A stretch of DNA of 64,000 nt from an uncultured Alphaproteobacteria bacterium (GTDB taxonomy: Bacteria > Pseudomonadota > Alphaproteobacteria > Rhizobiales > Beijerinckiaceae): assembly GCA_963742305.1 (NCBI GenBank), contig CAVULN010000046.1, positions 13,183 to 77,182 of the forward strand, written 5' to 3'. Both the position numbers and the translations under genes were made by a program. This document shows, one piece after another, positions 41,178-49,623 of the stretch. Under the pieces are notes generated by a model. That model worked only from the letters and a program-made list of their open reading frames with translations, did no database searches and was not told the DNA's origin. Each line of letters starts with the position of its first letter. Positions within the stretch are counted from its first letter, which is position 1.

Positions 41178-43856
41178 GTGAAGGACCTGGGACAACCATC
41201 GACCGCCGGCGGGCGCCTCGGGGCGCTCTCCGCCCTCGCGCAGCGCGTGCTCATGGTCGAGCGCGCCTGGCCGCCGCTCGTCTTCGCGCTGGCGGTCGCG
41301 ATCCTTTTCCTCGCCGCCTCGTGGGCGGGGGCATGGCAATTCGCGCCGCGTTCCGTCCGCATCGCGGGCGTCATCCTGTTCGCGCTTGGGGCGGGCGCCG
41401 CCCTCTCGCCGCTCCTCAGACTGCGCCGCCCGGCCGCGCGGGACACGCTCGCCCGGCTCGATCGCAATTCGACGGCGAGCCACCGTCCCGCCTCCTCGCT
41501 CGCCGACACCCTCGCCAACGACCACGGCGATCCCGGGACCGAGGCCCTCTGGTCGGCGCACCGGGCGCGCCTCGAGCGCGCGGTCGATGCGATCCGCGTC
41601 GCGCCCCCCTCGCCGGGCATGGCCGAACGCGACCCCTACGCGCTCCGCTTCGCCGCGGCGATGCTCGCCTTCGCGACGGCGGTCGCGGCGGGGCCGGAGA
41701 TGTACGGGCGCCTCGCCTCGGCTTTCGACTGGCGCGGCGAAGCGGCTCAAGCCGCCGCGGCCGCCCGCATCGACGCATGGATCGACCCGCCGCCCTACGC
41801 CGGCCGGCCGCCGGTGGTGATCGGCCTCAAGACCGCCGATCCGCAGACCCTCACCGTCCCCGAAGATTCGGTCCTGGTCGTGCGCGGCGATCCGGGCGTC
41901 GTCGCGACCCGGATCGAGGGGGCGATCGCGCCCTCGGAACAGAATCCCGGGGCTTCCGGGGAGGCCCCCGCCAAGGCTCCGGCCCCGAACGCCCAAGTCC
42001 CCAACGCCCAAGCCCCGAACGCACAGGCCCCGACCGCTCCGGCCGAGAAGCGCTGGACGATCCATGGGGCGGGCAAGGCGACGATCCTGCGCGGCGGGAC
42101 CCCGGCGGCGAGCGTCGTTATCGCCGTCATTCCGGCCGGCAAGCCGACGATCGCGCTCACCGAGGACCCTCGCGCCAACCTCAGCGGCACGCTGACCCTC
42201 GCCTACCGGACCGCCGACCGTTTCGGGCTCGCCAGCGCGCGGGCGACATTCGCCCGGGCGCATCAGGGCGCGGGCCCCGCCCCGCGGACGCTGAGCCCGC
42301 CGCCGGAAGCGGCCCTCGAATTGCCGGCGAGCGAAAACGGCGCGGGCGAGGCGCGGACCACGATCGATCTCTCCGAGCACCCCTGGGCGGGGGCGAAAGT
42401 GACGATGACGCTCAGCGCGACCAGCATTTCGGGCAAGACCGGCGAGAGCGCGCCGGTCGAACTGACGCTGCCTCAGCGAATCTTCCACAACCCGCTCGCC
42501 CGGGCGCTGGTCGAGCAGCGCCGCAACCTCATTCTCGATCCGGACCATGCGCCAGGCGAGGTCGAGACGGCGCTCGGCGCGCTGACCATCGCGCCGGAAC
42601 TGTTCGACACTCCGGCCAACGTCTATCTGGGCCTGAAGCAGGCCAAGAGCTCGCTCGAACAGGCGCGGGGCGACGCCGATCTTCTGGACGTCGCCGCCAT
42701 GTTGTGGGCGATGGCGCAGCAGATCGAGAACGGCGACGCGAGCCAGGCCGAGCGCGACCTGCGCGCCGCCGAGCAGGCGCTGCGCGAAGCGCTTCAGCGC
42801 GGCGCGAGCGACGAGGAAATCCGGAAGCTCATGGACAAGCTGCGCGAGGCCGCCGGGCGCTTCATGAACCAGATGGCGAAGAATGCGCAGCCCGACGCGA
42901 ACGCGCAGGACCAGAACCTTCAGGCGCAGGATCTCGACAAGCTGCTCGACCAGATGGAGGAAACCGCCCGCAACGGCTCGCGCGAAGACGCCCAGGCGAT
43001 GCTCGACCAGATGCAGGAAATGTTCGAGAACATGCGCAGCGCTCGCGACGCCCAGGAAAGCCCGGGCGAGCGCGAAATGCGCAAGCAGATCGGCGAACTC
43101 GAGAAGCTCCTGCGCGACCAGCAGGCTTTGCGCGACGACACGTTCCGCAGCGATCAGAAGGACCGCGCGCGCAAGCGGGCGCGGCGCAGCCAGTCCATGC
43201 CGGGGCAGCAGGATCTGCAGGACCCGGATCAGCAGGATGGCTCGAACGCTCCCGACCAGGGCGACGACAATTCGGATCAGGCGGACAACCAGGGCCAGGA
43301 CAAGGCCGAGCAGAACCCGGCCGAGCAGAACCAGCTGAGGGATCGCCAGCAGGAGCTGCGCGACCGGCTCGCCCAGTTGCAGCGCAAGCTCAAGGCCCTG
43401 GGCATGAAGGGCGAGAAGGGTTTCGACGACGCCCAGGGCGACATGAAGGAAGCCGAAGGCGACCTCAAGGGCGATCAGAGCGGAAAACAGGGCCAGAACG
43501 GCCAGACCGGCAAGGGCGCGGCGGTGGACGCGCAAGGGCGCGCGCTCGACGCGCTGCGCGAAGGCGCCCAGGGGTTGCAGAAGCAGATGGAAGGCCAGGG
43601 CCAGGGGAAGGGCAAGGGCAAGGGCAAAGGCACTTATGTCGGGCGCAGGGGCGGGCCCGGCGAGCAGTTTGGCGACGATCCGCTCGGCCGCGGAGCCAAC
43701 GGCGAGAAGGGCCGCGAGCAGGGGCCGCTGAGGGAATCGGGCGGCGCCGCCCAGCGCGCGCGCCGCGTCATGGAGGAATTGCGCCGCCGCCTCGCCGACC
43801 CGGCGCGCCCGGTCGAGGAGCGCGACTACCTCGAACGGCTGATGAAGCGGGACTGA
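41178..43856 (+). CDS. TIGR02302/DUF4175 family membrane-anchored coiled-coil protein
   Basis: ERAWP, DPYALR, IDAWIDPPPY, HPWAG, PLARALVEQRR, DPLGR, ERDYLERL; usual position after lysA. Confidence 0.88.
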   Translation: MKDLGQPSTAGGRLGALSALAQRVLMVERAWPPLVFALAVAILFLAASWAGAWQFAPRSVRIAGVILFALGAGAALSPLLRLRRPAARDTLARLDRNSTASHRPASSLADTLANDHGDPGTEALWSAHRARLERAVDAIRVAPPSPGMAERDPYALRFAAAMLAFATAVAAGPEMYGRLASAFDWRGEAAQAAAAARIDAWIDPPPYAGRPPVVIGLKTADPQTLTVPEDSVLVVRGDPGVVATRIEGAIAPSEQNPGASGEAPAKAPAPNAQVPNAQAPNAQAPTAPAEKRWTIHGAGKATILRGGTPAASVVIAVIPAGKPTIALTEDPRANLSGTLTLAYRTADRFGLASARATFARAHQGAGPAPRTLSPPPEAALELPASENGAGEARTTIDLSEHPWAGAKVTMTLSATSISGKTGESAPVELTLPQRIFHNPLARALVEQRRNLILDPDHAPGEVETALGALTIAPELFDTPANVYLGLKQAKSSLEQARGDADLLDVAAMLWAMAQQIENGDASQAERDLRAAEQALREALQRGASDEEIRKLMDKLREAAGRFMNQMAKNAQPDANAQDQNLQAQDLDKLLDQMEETARNGSREDAQAMLDQMQEMFENMRSARDAQESPGEREMRKQIGELEKLLRDQQALRDDTFRSDQKDRARKRARRSQSMPGQQDLQDPDQQDGSNAPDQGDDNSDQADNQGQDKAEQNPAEQNQLRDRQQELRDRLAQLQRKLKALGMKGEKGFDDAQGDMKEAEGDLKGDQSGKQGQNGQTGKGAAVDAQGRALDALREGAQGLQKQMEGQGQGKGKGKGKGTYVGRRGGPGEQFGDDPLGRGANGEKGREQGPLRESGGAAQRARRVMEELRRRLADPARPVEERDYLERLMKRD
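41985..42029 (+). repeat. In-frame 15-bp tandem repeat x3 (PNAQV/PNAQA/PNAQA)
   Basis: CCGAACGCCCAAGTC CCCAACGCCCAAGCC CCGAACGCACAGGCC. Confidence 0.8.
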
Positions 43857-43872
43857 GGCCTCTCGGGCCGGC

Positions 43873-44247
43873 TCACTTGGCCCGGGTCCAGCCGAACGAT
43901 TTGCAGATGAGCCCGCCAAGCACGCAGCCGGCGGTGACGAGATGGTCGCCGGAGAGCCTCATCTTGGCGGAATAGCGGTTGCCGTCCTCGGGGTTGAACG
44001 CGCTTCCGGCCCAGGCGTCGTCGCCGCCCGGCTTCATGTCGGAGAACACCTTTTCGCCGATCTTGCCCGCGCCGCCCGGGTCCCTCTTCCAGGCAAGGAA
44101 GCCGCAGACCGCCTCGCCCCCGCAGGGCGAGAAGCGAATCTTCGCCGCGCCGTCGTCGCGCACCCATGTTCCGGCGACGCCGCCGGAGGCGGCGCCGGCC
44201 GCGGACGCCGCCAGTATCGCCAGAGCTGCGAGCAAAGCGCGCGCCAT
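43873..44247 (-). CDS. DUF2147 family secreted protein
   Basis: Signal; GTW, CGG..CG, WAG..FNPEDG..Y, GCVLGGLICK...WTR. Confidence 0.9.
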   Translation of the reverse strand: MARALLAALAILAASAAGAASGGVAGTWVRDDGAAKIRFSPCGGEAVCGFLAWKRDPGGAGKIGEKVFSDMKPGGDDAWAGSAFNPEDGNRYSAKMRLSGDHLVTAGCVLGGLICKSFGWTRAK

Positions 44248-44354
44248 CGTTCCTCCTGCAAAGACTCCACGGGCCCTCGATAGGCGCGTAGGCGCGGCGA
44301 GCCGACCGCGCCTGCAAAGTCGTCGCCTAGCAAAGCGCGGCGAGCCTGGCGTCG

Positions 44355-44978
44355 TCAAGGCGAAGGCTTGAGCGCCTCGGCCCAAAGCGGACGATAGCCT
44401 CGCGCCAGCGCCGCGACGGTCGAAGGGGGCGTCAGCACGTCCGCGGCGGCGCCCGGATCGAGGGCGGCCGGCGCGCCGTAGCCCGCGAAACTCCACGGAA
44501 GAAGCGCGCCCGCGCGCAAGGCATGGGCGCGCCCGTCGCGCGCGATCATGGCGCCGTCCGGCAAGTCGCCGAGCCGCGCCCGCCACAGGCGCCTGGCTTT
44601 CTTGTCGCGCCGCTCGCGGTCGAGCGCTTCGTCCATGGCGTCCGCCCCGCGCGGGGCCCCGGGGAACGCGGCGAGAAAGGCCTTCGCCGCGGGCCTGCGG
44701 CACTCGAAGCACGGGCGATGGCCGGCGGCGAGCGCGGTCGGCTCGTCGAGAAAGAAGAGATGGGTATAGCCCTTGCCCCACACCTCGCGCCGGCGCCCCT
44801 TGAATTCGCAGAGGCAAATGATCCAGCGCCTGGAGGTCCAGCGCCGCGCGCTCAGGCTGCGGTCGTCGCGATGGAGCCGCCCGCCGCGATTGCCCATGAG
44901 GGTCCCGCGATCGGCGACAGCGTGAAATTCGCCGAACGGGTCGACGCGATTTTGCAATGGTCGCGGCGCTTGGGACAT
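44355..44978 (-). CDS. Conserved hypothetical protein (Cys-containing, possible metal binding)
   Basis: LQNRVDPFG...MGNRGG, WIICLC, YTHLFFLDEPTALAAGHRPCFECRR. Confidence 0.75.
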   Translation of the reverse strand: MSQAPRPLQNRVDPFGEFHAVADRGTLMGNRGGRLHRDDRSLSARRWTSRRWIICLCEFKGRRREVWGKGYTHLFFLDEPTALAAGHRPCFECRRPAAKAFLAAFPGAPRGADAMDEALDRERRDKKARRLWRARLGDLPDGAMIARDGRAHALRAGALLPWSFAGYGAPAALDPGAAADVLTPPSTVAALARGYRPLWAEALKPSP

Positions 44979-44992
44979 ACTGGCCAGACTGC

Positions 44993-45622
44993 TCAGACCC
45001 TGATTCGCGCCGCCTCGACGATCCGTATCGCTTCGGCGGAGGCGGCTTCGACGCCAAGATTGGTGGTGTCCAGCGTCACCGCATCGCCGGCCGGGCGCAG
45101 CGGCGCCGCCTCGCGCGTCGAATCGCGGGCGTCGCGGCGGATGATGTCGGCCAGGATCGCCTGGTAGTCTGCCTTTTCGCCGCGCTGGATCAGTTCGAGC
45201 GCGCGCCGCTGCGCCCGCTGGGCCGCGCTGGCGGTGACGAAGATCTTCACCTCCGCCTCGGGGCAGACGACCGTGCCGATGTCGCGGCCATCGAGCACCG
45301 CTCCGCCCGGGCGCGCCGCGAAAGCGCGCTGGGCGTCGATCAGCGCGGCGCGCACGCGAGGCATCGCGGCCACCACCGAGGCGGCCTCGCCCATCTGGCG
45401 CGTGCGCAGGACCGCCTCGTCGAAATCGGTGAGGCCGAGCCCCCGGGCGGCGGCGACCGCGGCGGCCTCGTCGTAGAGGTCGCGGTCCTCGGCGAGGAGG
45501 GCGGCGGCGACCGCGCGGTAGAGGAGGCCGGTGTCGAGATGCGGCAGCCGGTAGCGCTCGGCCACCCGGCGCGCGATCGTGCCTTTGCCCGAAGCCGCGG
45601 GCCCGTCGATGGCGATGATCAT
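44993..45622 (-). CDS. cmk: Cytidylate kinase
   Basis: [31 protein letters not shown]. Confidence 0.96.
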   Translation of the reverse strand: MIIAIDGPAASGKGTIARRVAERYRLPHLDTGLLYRAVAAALLAEDRDLYDEAAAVAAARGLGLTDFDEAVLRTRQMGEAASVVAAMPRVRAALIDAQRAFAARPGGAVLDGRDIGTVVCPEAEVKIFVTASAAQRAQRRALELIQRGEKADYQAILADIIRRDARDSTREAAPLRPAGDAVTLDTTNLGVEAASAEAIRIVEAARIRV

Positions 45623-45671
45623 GCCTGAGCTGGCCGCTTCCCCGGGCTTCCGCCCCCTCACACAAGCGCTC

Positions 45672-45708
45672 TTAGAGCGCAGCGCGGGAAAAAGTGGAAG
45701 CCGTTTTC
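45672..45708 (+). repeat. Degenerate RIME/BRU-RS-like intergenic element
   Basis: TAGAGC...AAAAGTGGAAGCCGTTTTC resembles rhizobial intergenic mosaic elements (from memory). Confidence 0.35.
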
Positions 45709-46087
45709 TTGAAGACCCAGGCGCAACCGCGGGGTTGCATGTCGGCGCTCCGAATGTGATTATACATATATATCACGTGTAATTTTCGAGACGTGGAACT
45801 AAACCAGCTCCCAAGAGCCTGAAATCATGAGGGCGAGCCGGTAAAATGGAACTAAGCCAAAAGGCCCTCTGTGAGCTGCTTGAGCCCGGCCGTTCCAGCG
45901 ATTCCGCCTGAGGCCGGAAGGCTCTCGCCAAACCCGACCTGTGAGCCGCGTCACTGCGTCCGCCGGCGGGCAATAGCCAAATGCGTGCATCGCCGCGCCG
46001 CACAGTCCGGACGAGGCGAAGCCGGCAAGGTCAGCTGAACAGGCTTCGCCCTTCGGCAAGGCGCCGGTTCAAGAGGAGATCGCATCC

Positions 46088-46288
46088 ATGACCCAGGCCG
46101 AGAATGACTTCGATTTCGTCAGGCGTTCCGTGCCGGAGGCGCCCGCCATCAAGACGCTGCTCCTGATCGTCGCCCTGCTGGCCTATGCAGCCGGGTTCAT
46201 GATCCTCTATCCCCTTGCCGCGAGCCGTGTGGCCGCGAGCGTGGCCGAAGGCGGCGCTCCGGGGCCCACCCAGTTCGTCGGCCCCTGA
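46088..46288 (+). CDS. Small single-TM hypothetical protein
   Basis: GAGGAG SD; one hydrophobic helix. Confidence 0.65.
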   Translation: MTQAENDFDFVRRSVPEAPAIKTLLLIVALLAYAAGFMILYPLAASRVAASVAEGGAPGPTQFVGP

Positions 46289-46309
46289 ACCTCAAGGCCG
46301 CGCCCCGGC

Positions 46310-47377
46310 CTATCGACCGGCGCCGAGCCTGTCGGCGTAGACGTGCTCGACTCCCCGGGGGTCTGTCACGACATGCTCTCCGCCGGCGCTGCGGATCCAT
46401 TGCGGCCCGACCGGAACCTTGCCCCGTCCGCCGGGAATGTCGAGCATGTAGGCCGGCGTCGCCAGCCCCGAGAGGCGGGCGCGCAAGGCGCGCATCAGCT
46501 CCTGCCCCCTGGCGATCGACGTGCGCCAGTGCGCCGTGCCGGGCGCGAGATCGCCGTGATGCAGATAGTAGGGCTTCACCCCTGCCTCGACGAACGCCCG
46601 CATGAGATCAACGAGCGTATCCTCGTCGTCGTTGACGCCCTTCAGAAGGACGCTCTGGCTCACCAGCATCGCGCCTTCCGCCGCAAGGCGCCGGCACGCG
46701 CCGCGGGCGCCCGCCGTGAGTTCGCGCGGATGGTTGGCGTGCACCGCGACCACCGTCGTCTTGCCTTCCGCCTTAAGCGCGCGCGCCATCGCCCTGGTCA
46801 CCCGCTCCGGCGCGGCGACGGGCAGGCGGGTATGCCAGCGCAGAACCTTGACATGCTGAATTGCGGCGGTCGCCTCCGTCGCCTCGGCGATCCGGCGCGG
46901 CGCGAGCGTCAGCGGATCGCCGCCGGTGAAGATGACCTCCCAAATCCCGGGATGCTCGCGCACGTACTCGAGCGCTGCGGCGAAGTCGGCGGCGCCGAGC
47001 GACCCCGAGCCCGGCCCCACCCGCTCGCGGCGAAAACAGAAGCGGCAATAGACCGCGCAAACCGCGACCAGCTTGATCAGCACCCGATCGGGATAGCGAT
47101 GCACGAGGCCCTCGACGGGGCTCATGGGGTCGTCGCCGATCGGATCGTCGCGCTCGGCGGGATCGCGGATGAGCTCCCGCGGGCTTGGCACGAACTGGCG
47201 CGCGATCGGGTCCGTGGGATCGTCGGGATTGATGAGCGCGGCGAGAGCCGGGGTGAGGGCCGTCGCGTATCGCCCGGCGATCGCCTCCAGCTCCTGAAGG
47301 CGCGCCGGCTCGGCGAGCCCCGCCTCAATGAGATCCTTGGGGCTGGTCAGGCGGCGGGGTCGGAAGGCTGAGGTCAT
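46310..47377 (-). CDS. epmB: Lysine 2,3-aminomutase-like radical SAM protein (EpmB/KamA family)
   Basis: HRYPDR, CAVYCRFCFRR, TGGDPL, HANHP, QSVLLKGVND, PGGRGK. Confidence 0.85.
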   Translation of the reverse strand: MTSAFRPRRLTSPKDLIEAGLAEPARLQELEAIAGRYATALTPALAALINPDDPTDPIARQFVPSPRELIRDPAERDDPIGDDPMSPVEGLVHRYPDRVLIKLVAVCAVYCRFCFRRERVGPGSGSLGAADFAAALEYVREHPGIWEVIFTGGDPLTLAPRRIAEATEATAAIQHVKVLRWHTRLPVAAPERVTRAMARALKAEGKTTVVAVHANHPRELTAGARGACRRLAAEGAMLVSQSVLLKGVNDDEDTLVDLMRAFVEAGVKPYYLHHGDLAPGTAHWRTSIARGQELMRALRARLSGLATPAYMLDIPGGRGKVPVGPQWIRSAGGEHVVTDPRGVEHVYADRLGAGR

Positions 47378-47475
47378 GCGGTCTTGAAGGCCGGGGTTGC
47401 GCGGGGCGGGCGCTCGGCTGCGCCGCTTCAGCGGGTCCGTTACGGGAACGGCGAGGCCGCCGCAAGGGCGGGCGG

Positions 47476-48537
47476 TCAGGCCGCGAGCGCCTCGAGCCAG
47501 CGCGACAGCGACTCGCCCGGCTCGGCGGGCACGGCGTATTCGGGCTTCGCCACCGCCTTCAGCGCGCGCTCCCGCGCTTCGCCCGGCGTCACGCCATAGG
47601 CTTCGTGGAACATGCGGCTGAACGCGCTCACGTTTCTGAACCCGACCGCAGCGGCGATCGGGCCGATCCGGCGATTGGAGAGTTCGCTCGCGGTGATCTC
47701 CTGGAACGCCCGGCTCAGCCGCGCCTTGCGGATATAGCGGGCGATCCCGCCGGCCGGTTCGAACAGGCGATAGAGCGAGGCGCGCGACAGGCGAAACTCG
47801 GCGGCGACCTGCTCCACGTCAAGATCGGGCGACGCCAGATTGCGGTCGATATAGCGGCGCACGGTCACGAAGCTCGCGAGCGGCGGAGAGGCCGCGGCCT
47901 CGCCGTCCCGGTGAAGCGCCGGCCCCGTCGATTTCGCCGCCAGCGCCACCAGCCCCTCGGCGACCGCGTCGAAGTCGGCGAGCTTCATGTCCTCGACCGT
48001 CTTGGCGAAGGTCCTGAGCGTCGCTCCGACCACCGCGCCCGCCGGATGGTCCGCCTTGAGCACGAAGCCGTGCAGCGCGTTTTCGTCCGCGACCAGCGGC
48101 AGGATCCGCTCCCGCGTCGTCCACAGCGTCACCTCGCCGACAAATCCGTCCGGCGCCGATCCTCGTATCGCCAGCGCCTGCGTGAGATCGACGAACATCA
48201 CGTCGCCGGGCTCGGCCTGCATCGGACCGTCGCCGGCCAGTCCGCTCGCCGAGCCGTCGCACTGGAGCGAGATCGCAAACCGTTCGCAGCCTGCGCTTGC
48301 GCATCGCCGAACGAGCGACAATGGGGAATGCCAGGTTGCGCTGAGCACGTAGCGCGCCGAGGCGTGGACATCGATCTCGCCGCGAAACCCGGCGATCTCG
48401 GAAGGACTCGCGCGGACTTCGAACACCTCGCCGAGCGCGCCTCGCCATTTGGCGAACAAATCCGCCGGGGCGCAATCATCAGGCTTGAGGCGCAATCGAC
48501 GCAGGCCGGGCGGCGAAGAAGTCCCCATGGCCTTCAT
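47476..48537 (-). CDS. AraC family regulator (in frame with the upstream peptidase in this assembly)
   Basis: YIDRNL.SPDL...SRASLYRLFE...GF.N.SAFSRMF...YG.TP. Confidence 0.88.
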   Translation of the reverse strand: MKAMGTSSPPGLRRLRLKPDDCAPADLFAKWRGALGEVFEVRASPSEIAGFRGEIDVHASARYVLSATWHSPLSLVRRCASAGCERFAISLQCDGSASGLAGDGPMQAEPGDVMFVDLTQALAIRGSAPDGFVGEVTLWTTRERILPLVADENALHGFVLKADHPAGAVVGATLRTFAKTVEDMKLADFDAVAEGLVALAAKSTGPALHRDGEAAASPPLASFVTVRRYIDRNLASPDLDVEQVAAEFRLSRASLYRLFEPAGGIARYIRKARLSRAFQEITASELSNRRIGPIAAAVGFRNVSAFSRMFHEAYGVTPGEARERALKAVAKPEYAVPAEPGESLSRWLEALAA

Positions 48538-48609
48538 CCTGCGGCCTTTTCGACGGGGCGGCAAGCCGGACAAAGGGATGACAAAAGCAGGCCGGCGGAA
48601 GGCCCGGCG

Positions 48610-49623
48610 CGATTTCACCGCGGCCGTCGGATGGATCGCCTGGCGCTGCCGCCACGATGGCTGCGCTCGCGGAACGGACAGGGGCGAAGCCTCGTAGACG
48701 CCGCGCGCGATCGCTCGCGCCACGCATTCGGCCGAGAGCATGCCGATCTCGGTCAGATCGCGAAGGTCGGGGACGGCGCTCGCCCGCGCGGTCGCCGCGG
48801 CGAAGACCACGTCATTGTCCATCGGCGCATGGGCGGGACGGAGCGCCAGCGCGCAGCCGTCCTGGGCCATCGTCGCGACGCGCTTGAGCTGCGTGACCGT
48901 CAGGGCCGCGTCGGTGGCGACGACCATGAGGTCGGTGCTCGACGGCGTGTCGGACTTGAGGCGCATGGTCAGATGGTCGTCGATGTGCCTGGGCCCGAAG
49001 CCGAGACCGCCGAATTCGCTGTCCCGCTCATAAGGGGCGGCCCAGAAATGCAGGCTTTCGCCGCGCGTCGCCCGCCCGACCGAATTGACCACGACAAGCG
49101 CGCCGACGCGAAAGCCGCCCGAGGTCACGGCGCTCGCGGAACCCAGGCCTCCCTTGAGATCGTAGGTGGTCGCGCCACACCCGGCCCCGGCGGAGCCGAG
49201 CCTGAACTCGTGGGCGGCGGCCGACGCGGCTGTGAAGCCCATGTCCCAATAGGGCGCCTTGCGCCCCCAATCCTTGTCGCCGCCGTTGAGGAGATCGAAC
49301 AGGCTCGCGCCCGGCACGATCGGAACGCGCGCGCCACGGTGCTCGAAGCCGCGCCCGATCTCGGCGAGATACGCCATCGCGCCCCCCGCCGCGTCGAGGC
49401 CGAAGGCCGACCCGCCGGACAGAACGAAGCCGTCGACACGCTCGATCGTCATTTCCGGCTCGAGAAGCGCCGCGTCGCGCAGGGCGGGCGCGCCGCCGTT
49501 GATCGCGATCGACGCGAGAGCCGGCTCGTCGAACAGGATCGCGGTGACGCCGGAGGCGAGCCTCTCGTCGTGGACCGATCCGACCCGCACGCCTTCGACG
49601 TCGGTGATCAGGTTCAGCGCCAT
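48610..49623 (-). CDS. P1/S58 family peptidase (DmpA/NylC-like); no in-frame stop, 3' end approximate
   Basis: NLITDV.GVRVG, GGAP, LSGGSAFGL, VPIVP, KGGLGSAS, VVATDA, ARAIARGVYEA. Confidence 0.85.

Noticed and set aside
45820-45960. Possible cobalamin or c-di-GMP riboswitch
   Set aside because: Only fragments (GGAAGG, GACCTG); core conserved motifs absent
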